This document shows positions 26,295-32,000 of a DNA stretch of 32,000 nt, piece by piece (the stretch's first letter is position 1; every line of letters starts with the position of its first letter). The DNA comes from Candidatus Thorarchaeota archaeon (GTDB taxonomy: Archaea; Asgardarchaeota; Thorarchaeia; Thorarchaeales; Thorarchaeaceae): NCBI GenBank assembly GCA_003345555.1, contig PRDJ01000068.1, positions 1 through 32,000 on the forward strand, given 5' to 3'. The translations under genes were made by a program, and so were the position numbers. Below the pieces are notes generated by a model that saw only the letters and a list, made by a program, of their open reading frames with translations, did no database searches and had not been told where the DNA came from.

Positions 26295-27875
26295 GTGTAC
26301 TCTCACTCGAGACATGAATGTCTTTCTCTGACTTTGATATTGCTGATGGTTCTGCCGGCCCTTTCCTTGGGGCTGACCTCGATTACATATCCATCTGTCT
26401 ACGTGAATAGTAGCGCCATTGTTTCATTGGCGGAAATGGATATAGCTCGTGGTCCTCTGATGTATAATGTAACTAATCACTCAGCATGTGTGTTTTGGCG
26501 TACGACTGACTCCACCAATGCGAGTATCCAATACGGATTGAATACTAGTCTTTTGGAAACGGTCAGCAGCTCGACGCTAGATACTGTTCACAGAGTCAGA
26601 ATAGCAGGACTTCAACTTGGTACTAAGTACTACTACAAGGTCGTGTCAGACGGAGTGCCCGGTGAGATGTACCACTTCAGGACGGCTCCGGCGGACGGTC
26701 AAGCTTTCAAGATGATTATCATGGGTGACAACAGACCTATCTCAGACACTCCTGTCCAGCCTCAGGCTTTTTCGGATATAACCGATAGGGTCATTGCTGA
26801 GGAACCGAACCTTGTAGTGCTCACAGGGGACTACGTCTATAGCGTTACTACAATTGCTGGCGACAATATAGCCAAATGGTCCGCCTTCAAAGCCATTATC
26901 GATCAAGCAGCTCACTACGCCCCGGTCTATGCTGCAATTGGCAACCATGACACCGGACTGTGGACCGGGACGCTGATACTACAATATTTCCTTGACGCTT
27001 TCGAACAGCATAATGAGGCTTCGACGTACTTCTCCTTCGACTACGCAGGAGTCCATATGATGATCCTTGATTCAGAGGCTACTAACACTCCTTTGCGCAT
27101 TACTGGTGATCAATACACCTGGCTGACGAACGAGTTGCAGGCTTCCCAAGGGCGCATGAAGTTCATGATTGCTCATGCGCCGATGTATCCTCTTAGCCAC
27201 ATAGGCAGTTCATTGGACGTAAACATCACAGAGCGCGATGCGCTCCAGCAGCTCTTTGAGTCAACAAACGTTACAGTCTTCGCTGCAGGGCATGACCACC
27301 TCTGGAACCGGATCACTGTCAATGGGCTCGTTCACCTGATCACTGGCGGTGCAGGAGCTCCACTTTACCACACGCTCTGGGGCGGCGATTTCCTCCATTA
27401 TACTAAAGCCGAAGTCAGCAGGAACTTGGTCGATATCTCCGCAATCGGATTGGATGCGGGCGTCAAAGATAACTACGTGTTGCCCTATGTCGGACCGATT
27501 GAGATATTCTTGAGGGTTGTCGGCAACACCTCGACTAGGATGGCAGGAACGGTTCCCTCAATATACTTCAGTCAGGTGCCAGCGCAGAAGGGCTACTCAT
27601 GGGATGGCGCACCTAATGCAACCGTCCTGACAGGGTTGCCGGCCGCTCCCGGACCACACATACTCGATGTCTATGCGGAGAATGGCGACAGCGTCTGGAG
27701 CCATGCTCGGTTCGTGTTTACGACTTCGGGCAGCATCACGACAACTACGACGACCACGACCACAACGAGTCAAGTCCCGGGCATACAGGTGGAGCTGATA
27801 CTGCTTGCGGGTGCCGCGGGCATAGTCATAATCATAGTCGTCTTGGTCTTGTTGCGTTCACGCAGAACAGGGTAG
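26295..27875 (+). CDS. Secreted, membrane-anchored purple-acid-phosphatase-like metallophosphoesterase
   Basis: Signal peptide, FN3-like PAP N-domain (VFWRT...HRVRIAGLQLGTKYYYKV), GDNR / TGDYV / IGNHD / IAH / AGHDH metal motifs, a Thr10 linker, and a C-terminal TM helix with an RSRR tail. Confidence 0.88.
   Translation: MYSHSRHECLSLTLILLMVLPALSLGLTSITYPSVYVNSSAIVSLAEMDIARGPLMYNVTNHSACVFWRTTDSTNASIQYGLNTSLLETVSSSTLDTVHRVRIAGLQLGTKYYYKVVSDGVPGEMYHFRTAPADGQAFKMIIMGDNRPISDTPVQPQAFSDITDRVIAEEPNLVVLTGDYVYSVTTIAGDNIAKWSAFKAIIDQAAHYAPVYAAIGNHDTGLWTGTLILQYFLDAFEQHNEASTYFSFDYAGVHMMILDSEATNTPLRITGDQYTWLTNELQASQGRMKFMIAHAPMYPLSHIGSSLDVNITERDALQQLFESTNVTVFAAGHDHLWNRITVNGLVHLITGGAGAPLYHTLWGGDFLHYTKAEVSRNLVDISAIGLDAGVKDNYVLPYVGPIEIFLRVVGNTSTRMAGTVPSIYFSQVPAQKGYSWDGAPNATVLTGLPAAPGPHILDVYAENGDSVWSHARFVFTTSGSITTTTTTTTTTSQVPGIQVELILLAGAAGIVIIIVVLVLLRSRRTG
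27737..27766 (+). repeat. Coding poly-Thr tract (mixed ACN codons)
   Basis: acg aca act acg acg acc acg acc aca acg encodes T10, a typical archaeal O-glycosylation or spacer segment. Confidence 0.8.
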
Positions 27876-28023
27876 CTGTCCTACTGTCCAGTGTTGTGCC
27901 GTTGATGGCATTGGAAAACCAAAGCGAATGCTCCTGGCATACCGTCTGTATGTCTTGAGTCCGTCGCAAGAATCTCAAAGATGTGTGCAGAAGGTCGTGC
28001 AGACCTCCTGTCACCACGTTAAA

Positions 28024-28386
28024 CTAGATTGGTGTGTCTTTGACGTCAAATGCGAGGTTTCCAGCCTCTTTCGTCTTGATGGCGATGTCAATCTTGTGTT
28101 CGGCTTTAGCTAGAGGGTTACCCTTACAGTGGATTGTAATCTCTACGCCGACCTTGATTGGAAAGCCCTTGCTCTCAGTAATATCAGAAGCCTTGATCTT
28201 CATGGCTTCTGAGGCTATCAACGTGTCAGCCAGTGAGTACTCTACATTATCTACCCTGATGGGCGACATACCGATGGCCGTACCTGGTGAGAGGGTGTTC
28301 TTAATCTTGAAATCGAAACCATCACCGACGTTCTTGAGGCTCCCTTTGATGTATAGCTTCCTGAGAAGGAATGCTGGTATCTGCAT
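28024..28386 (-). CDS. Conserved-type hypothetical protein, beta-rich, about 120 aa
   Basis: MQIPAFLLRKLYIKGSLKN..DGFDFKIKNTL; GGAGG SD upstream of the ATG. Confidence 0.8.
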   Translation of the reverse strand: MQIPAFLLRKLYIKGSLKNVGDGFDFKIKNTLSPGTAIGMSPIRVDNVEYSLADTLIASEAMKIKASDITESKGFPIKVGVEITIHCKGNPLAKAEHKIDIAIKTKEAGNLAFDVKDTPI

Positions 28387-28629
28387 CTAACTTGTTTCCT
28401 CCAAGGAGGTTAGTGTCTTTGGTTGACGCGAGAAGGAATACTTATACGTTCCGAACTTCGAGGTCCCGGAACAGTGGCATTCTGCCCTGCAATTGCCATC
28501 TGGTCGTGGGCCGGCTAGCGACAGTAATGAGTAGTATGACTGTCAGCGATTGCTCTGCATCGATAAAGGTAATAAAGGTCCGACCTTACTTTCTTGTAAG
28601 CAAGCCAAGCTAGAACAAGAGGATTGGTT

Positions 28630-28983
28630 ATGCAGTTCACTATCTTTGACCCATTTGGCTTATTCGGATTGTTTAACACCTTTTTCATAATCGTGCCGAT
28701 TTTTATGGTGGTCATTTTCGTCATAATCTTCGTGACTATATGCAAAGCGGGATCTCAGGCGGCCAGAGGTATTGTCGTCGATGTGCCGCGGCTTGCGATT
28801 CCAGAGCAATATCGGGGTGCTACTCGGCCCGACGGGACAGAAATAAGGACAGTCCGACTACCCGAGCGATGCTCGAAATGCGGCGCTGCGATTGCTTCTG
28901 AGGGCATAGACTGGGTCGGTCCCCTTGAAGCTAAATGCAACTATTGTGGCGGTACGGTTAGGGCACAGCTGGAAAGAGTGTAG
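28630..28983 (+). CDS. Single-pass membrane protein with C-terminal zinc ribbon
   Basis: Hydrophobic FFIIVPIFMVVIFVIIFVTIC segment, then CSKCG and CNYCG knuckles. TTG at 28624 is an alternative start. Confidence 0.8.
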   Translation: MQFTIFDPFGLFGLFNTFFIIVPIFMVVIFVIIFVTICKAGSQAARGIVVDVPRLAIPEQYRGATRPDGTEIRTVRLPERCSKCGAAIASEGIDWVGPLEAKCNYCGGTVRAQLERV

Positions 28984-29035
28984 CTGTCCGTGCATACAGC
29001 ACCAGCTTAAGAAGGGACGGAGGCATAGCTGTCTT

Positions 29036-29317
29036 ATGGCCAGAGGTTTCGAGCTTCTTGAAGACGGAACACATCCTGCCGTAGAGGTAAAGAAAGAGAG
29101 CCTCCAGTCTACAAAGGTCTTTTGCGTTGTGGACAACTCAACTCACAGTGTCTACTTGTGGAAGGGCAGTCAATCCGGGATGAGGAAGCAACTCGCTGGC
29201 GCACTTGCAGCAACCGAGATCAGGCTCGAGTGTGGAGAGAGGTTCAAAGTTCAGGCGATAGACCAAGGCGAAGAGCCGCCCGGCTTCCTTAGTCTCTTCG
29301 AGGTCGAGACAGTCTGA
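29036..29317 (+). CDS. Single-domain gelsolin-like protein, 93 aa
   Basis: SLQSTKVFCVVDNSTHSVYLWKGSQSG...IDQGEEPPGFLSLF shows the hallmark gelsolin L-x-S-x-x-VF-x-x-D...YLW-x-G and QG-x-EP-x-x-F motifs. GGAGG lies upstream of the ATG at 29036. Confidence 0.85.
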   Translation: MARGFELLEDGTHPAVEVKKESLQSTKVFCVVDNSTHSVYLWKGSQSGMRKQLAGALAATEIRLECGERFKVQAIDQGEEPPGFLSLFEVETV

Positions 29318-29365
29318 ACCGGTGCCCAGAAGCGACCCACGGGAAGAGGCAGACGAGAATGAGTT

Positions 29366-29394
29366 GCCGGTGGAGGAGGGAGGTTTCCACCGGC
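29366..29394. terminator. GC-rich hairpin downstream of the gelsolin gene
   Basis: GCCGGTGGA-N11-TCCACCGGC, a perfect 9-bp stem extendable by two G-U pairs. Confidence 0.45.
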
Positions 29395-29539
29395 GGAGCA
29401 GATGTCGGATTTCGAGGCTTGACACAAGTGATCCAAACCCGTGTCGAAGATTAGTCCTCTCTTCATAATATAAGGGCAACCAGAATCATCGCAACGAAAC
29501 TATCCCCATGCTTTCGACAGGTATTTCCCGTCCGAGTCA

Positions 29540-30352
29540 TTGCGAGTCGTTGGGTGTTCCCATTTGAGCAGAGAGCTGCGAGATGAGCAGGAACTTGTTC
29601 CCGGTTACGAGGGTATTGCGGAGTTCTTTGACCTTTTTGCCAACAACACAGACATACCGTTCTACGTTCGGTACGCAAAGAAACAAGGCTCACCGGTGCT
29701 TGATATTGCTGCAGGATCTGGGAGAGTCGCATTTCCATTGGCTCAGGAAGGGTTTAGGGTAACTGCCCTTGAGAAGTCGCCATCGATGCTCACAGAGATG
29801 AGAAGAAGACTGCCGCGCCTTCCGAAGGACGCTGCCGACCGCGTGAATATAGTTGAAGCCGATATGTCAGATTTCAGCATCGGTCGCAAGTACCGCCTCA
29901 TAATCATTCCAGGATCCTTCGCACATGCGATGAGCACTGACAAACAGCTATCAACGCTCAAATGCGTCAGAAAACATCTGGCTTCGGATGGCTTGTTCAT
30001 CCTTGATTTGCATGTCGGTGCCTTGTTGCCCGAAGATCTGAAGTTCGAAGAACCCAAAGCCACTCTTCCGGATGGCAGGACTGTGATTCGGTCTGGGGTA
30101 ATTCATACTGACATGGTTCGTCAGATCATGAGAGTGGATCTGAAATACACGGTCATTCATGCATCCGAGGGTTACAGCGAAGACAAGCGAGAGATAGAGG
30201 TCACATCAGGAGCAGCGGTCATATTCAACAGAGAGGCTGACCTTCTCATCAGAATGGCTGGCCTTGCCATCGAAGATCAGCTAGGCGGTTTTGATGGCCG
30301 CCCATATACTCCAGAGTGTGATCGGCGTATTCTGCTGCTGAGATCTCATTGA
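29540..30352 (+). CDS. Class I SAM-dependent methyltransferase
   Basis: VLDIAAGSGR (motif I), VTALEKSPSML, IVEADM, and HLASDGLFILD. Start is uncertain (TTG 29540 or 29564); a TATA-like TAATATAA lies near 29466. Confidence 0.9.
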   Translation: MRVVGCSHLSRELRDEQELVPGYEGIAEFFDLFANNTDIPFYVRYAKKQGSPVLDIAAGSGRVAFPLAQEGFRVTALEKSPSMLTEMRRRLPRLPKDAADRVNIVEADMSDFSIGRKYRLIIIPGSFAHAMSTDKQLSTLKCVRKHLASDGLFILDLHVGALLPEDLKFEEPKATLPDGRTVIRSGVIHTDMVRQIMRVDLKYTVIHASEGYSEDKREIEVTSGAAVIFNREADLLIRMAGLAIEDQLGGFDGRPYTPECDRRILLLRSH

Positions 30353-30408
30353 AGCCTCGTGAATCCCTCATCACAGTTGTAGATAGGTCTGTCCCGAAAC
30401 GGGGGCGC

Positions 30409-31656
30409 CTACTCGGTATGCAGGAGTTGGTCAACCGACGGAAGAGCATCTACTTTTCTCGGCTCAGTTCTCAGGACGACGTGGTCCTCAGCTTGATATC
30501 TTTCTGTGTAGAGAACCTCTCCCTCGACGGTGGCTTCTCTTTCTAGGTAGATACTCCGACCGTATATGTCCTTCACTCTTCCTCGTTCCTCAACCCGAAT
30601 CTCGTCGCCGTAGAGACTATCGGCTCGTGCACGTTCCCCGACGAGAATGCTCTTGGCCTCGACGAAGCCCTGAACTTCCCCCCTCTTGCCAATCCGGAAG
30701 CTGCCCGTGACCTTTGCATACTTCATCGTGATTCTTCCACCAACCTCGACCCTGTCAGCATTGATTCGATTGTACACGCTGAGACTGCCTCCGATATCGA
30801 TTCTTGAGCTTTCAAGGTTCTCTCCAACGGTGACCGCACCACCAACATCAAGTATGTCTTCCAGACTCAACGACTTTTCGACTTGTAGAGAGCCGCCTAC
30901 ATCGATTGAGGTTCCTTTTCCTGACCCTTCGATCTTCACAGCTCCTCCGACATCGATATCACCGAAATCCAGGTCTCCCGTTGACTTGAACGAACCACCG
31001 ACATCAATTGAGGCTACCTTTGAGCCCGGGCCCACGACAGCGGTCCCGCCAACCTCAATACTCTCTATCTCCACCGCACCCTCAGCTTTGAAGGAGCCCC
31101 CAATGCTTACCTTCCCTATCCGGCCGTAATTACACTTGCCGCTACCGCCGACTTCGAATTCCTGAGCCTCGATTCTTCCGTGCACGCTTATGGATCCGCC
31201 CGCTTGGAGTCGTTCCACCTCAGCGTCCTTTCCTATGACGATTGTTCCGCCAGCCGACAATCTCACGGCTTTCGCACTGCCACCCACCCGAATCGAGCCA
31301 CCGGTCTTGGCAGCAGAACACTCAAAGTCGCCATCTACTCTCATTTCGCCATCGACATTCACTTGCCTAGCCCTAGCTGTTCCCTTGACATCAATTCCTC
31401 CTCTCTCGACTGTGAGGAATGTCTCAACTGTGAGATCGCCCCCAATCTCGAGAGGTTCACAGCTCTTTGCTTCTAAGGCACGAGCTCTGAGTGAGCCCTG
31501 GACTAGACAGTCACCTTTGATCCTGACTATTCCTTGAACTACAATCTCGGTACCCTGCTGAGGAGTTATGGACCTGCAATCACGGATTTCAATGTCGCCG
31601 TGTACTGTGCCGAGTTCAACGTTATCGCGGTTCTTGAATGTCAGAGTCTCTGCCAT
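30409..31656 (-). CDS. Bactofilin-like (polymer-forming) right-handed beta-helix repeat protein
   Basis: About 12 repeats of roughly 17 aa with (I/V)-x-(V/I/A)-G-G cores (e.g. SIEVGG, SIDVGG, DIDVGG, RIDIGG), and GTVHGDIE / VQGSLRA bactofilin-like rungs. Confidence 0.7.
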   Translation of the reverse strand: MAETLTFKNRDNVELGTVHGDIEIRDCRSITPQQGTEIVVQGIVRIKGDCLVQGSLRARALEAKSCEPLEIGGDLTVETFLTVERGGIDVKGTARARQVNVDGEMRVDGDFECSAAKTGGSIRVGGSAKAVRLSAGGTIVIGKDAEVERLQAGGSISVHGRIEAQEFEVGGSGKCNYGRIGKVSIGGSFKAEGAVEIESIEVGGTAVVGPGSKVASIDVGGSFKSTGDLDFGDIDVGGAVKIEGSGKGTSIDVGGSLQVEKSLSLEDILDVGGAVTVGENLESSRIDIGGSLSVYNRINADRVEVGGRITMKYAKVTGSFRIGKRGEVQGFVEAKSILVGERARADSLYGDEIRVEERGRVKDIYGRSIYLEREATVEGEVLYTERYQAEDHVVLRTEPRKVDALPSVDQLLHTE

Positions 31657-31663
31657 TCGTTCT

Positions 31664-31708
31664 TCACCTCACAATTTCATGTCTTGCTGCGTTTCGTTCT
31701 ATTATAAA
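31664..31708 (-). promoter_or_regulatory. TATA box and SD of the beta-helix gene
   Basis: TTTATAAT at 31708-31701 and GAGGTGA at 31670-31664, 7 nt before the ATG at 31656. Confidence 0.65.
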
Positions 31709-31745
31709 GTGGAGCCACGCCAAAGGGTCACAAAATGTTACTGTG

Positions 31746-32000
31746 CTACATTCCCATTATTGGCTCCGGAACCGGTATTCCAACTAGTCCTGCCATCCGC
31801 TTGTATAGCTCTAGGTATTGGTTTCCCCTGACGGTGACCTTGTAGACTCGCTTTCCTTCATCGTCCTCTGTCTCAAGAAGACCCCTTTCGCAGAGGTAGT
31901 CTATTGCCTCCTTCGCACGATCCACAGGCATGTTCGTCGATCTAGCGGCACGCGTTAGCGGACAATAGCCGTATACATATATTACTCTGATTATCTCTGC
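31746..32000 (-). CDS. Winged-helix DNA-binding protein, 5'-truncated by the window edge
   Basis: The frame stays open to the window edge: AEIIRVIYVYGYCPLTRAARSTNMPVDRAKEAIDYLCERGLL...KRVYKVTVRGNQYLELY, a typical archaeal small wHTH. Confidence 0.8.
   Translation of the reverse strand, partial: AEIIRVIYVYGYCPLTRAARSTNMPVDRAKEAIDYLCERGLLETEDDEGKRVYKVTVRGNQYLELYKRMAGLVGIPVPEPIMGM

Noticed and set aside
70-31931. Numerous antisense or alternative-frame ORFs of 60-190 aa in the track
   Set aside because: They are shadows of well-supported genes on the opposite strand or frame, with no independent motifs.
1-32000. CRISPR arrays, IS elements, integrases, rRNA
   Set aside because: By eye I saw no regularly spaced direct repeats, terminal inverted repeats, transposase or integrase motifs, or rRNA-like sequence.

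Overview
Archaeal chromosomal window with leaderless and GGAGG(TGA)-type genes and TATA boxes. A Rab-like GTPase and two gelsolin-domain proteins point to Asgard archaea, possibly Thorarchaeia; this lineage call is an inference. I saw no tRNA, rRNA, CRISPR array, transposase or phage genes. Housekeeping content: partial galT, two GNAT acetyltransferases, an Lrp/AsnC-domain protein, a porG-D-A-B 2-oxoacid:ferredoxin oxidoreductase operon, a NitT/TauT-type ABC transporter whose ATPase gene is inverted, iorA-iorB, a DHH phosphoesterase, a geranylgeranyl reductase, a hexapeptide acyltransferase, a surface metallophosphoesterase, a SAM methyltransferase and a partial wHTH regulator. The most notable item is a 778-aa fusion of a 7-bladed FG-GAP/BBS2-like beta-propeller, an Ig-like sandwich, an acidic linker and a Rab-like GTPase with all five RabF motifs. 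Other notable items: a three-gene operon carrying four TrmB-like wHTH/coiled-coil/PLD-fold modules; two gelsolin-family genes; an unannotated 43-aa four-Cys microprotein with an internal repeat; iorB lying in frame with iorA across a single TGA and probably starting at CTG; a motif-degenerate Hef-like helicase; a divergent Alba-like protein; a PC4/SsgA-like repeat protein; and an extended bactofilin-like beta-helix. All family assignments come from reading motifs by eye; no searches were run.
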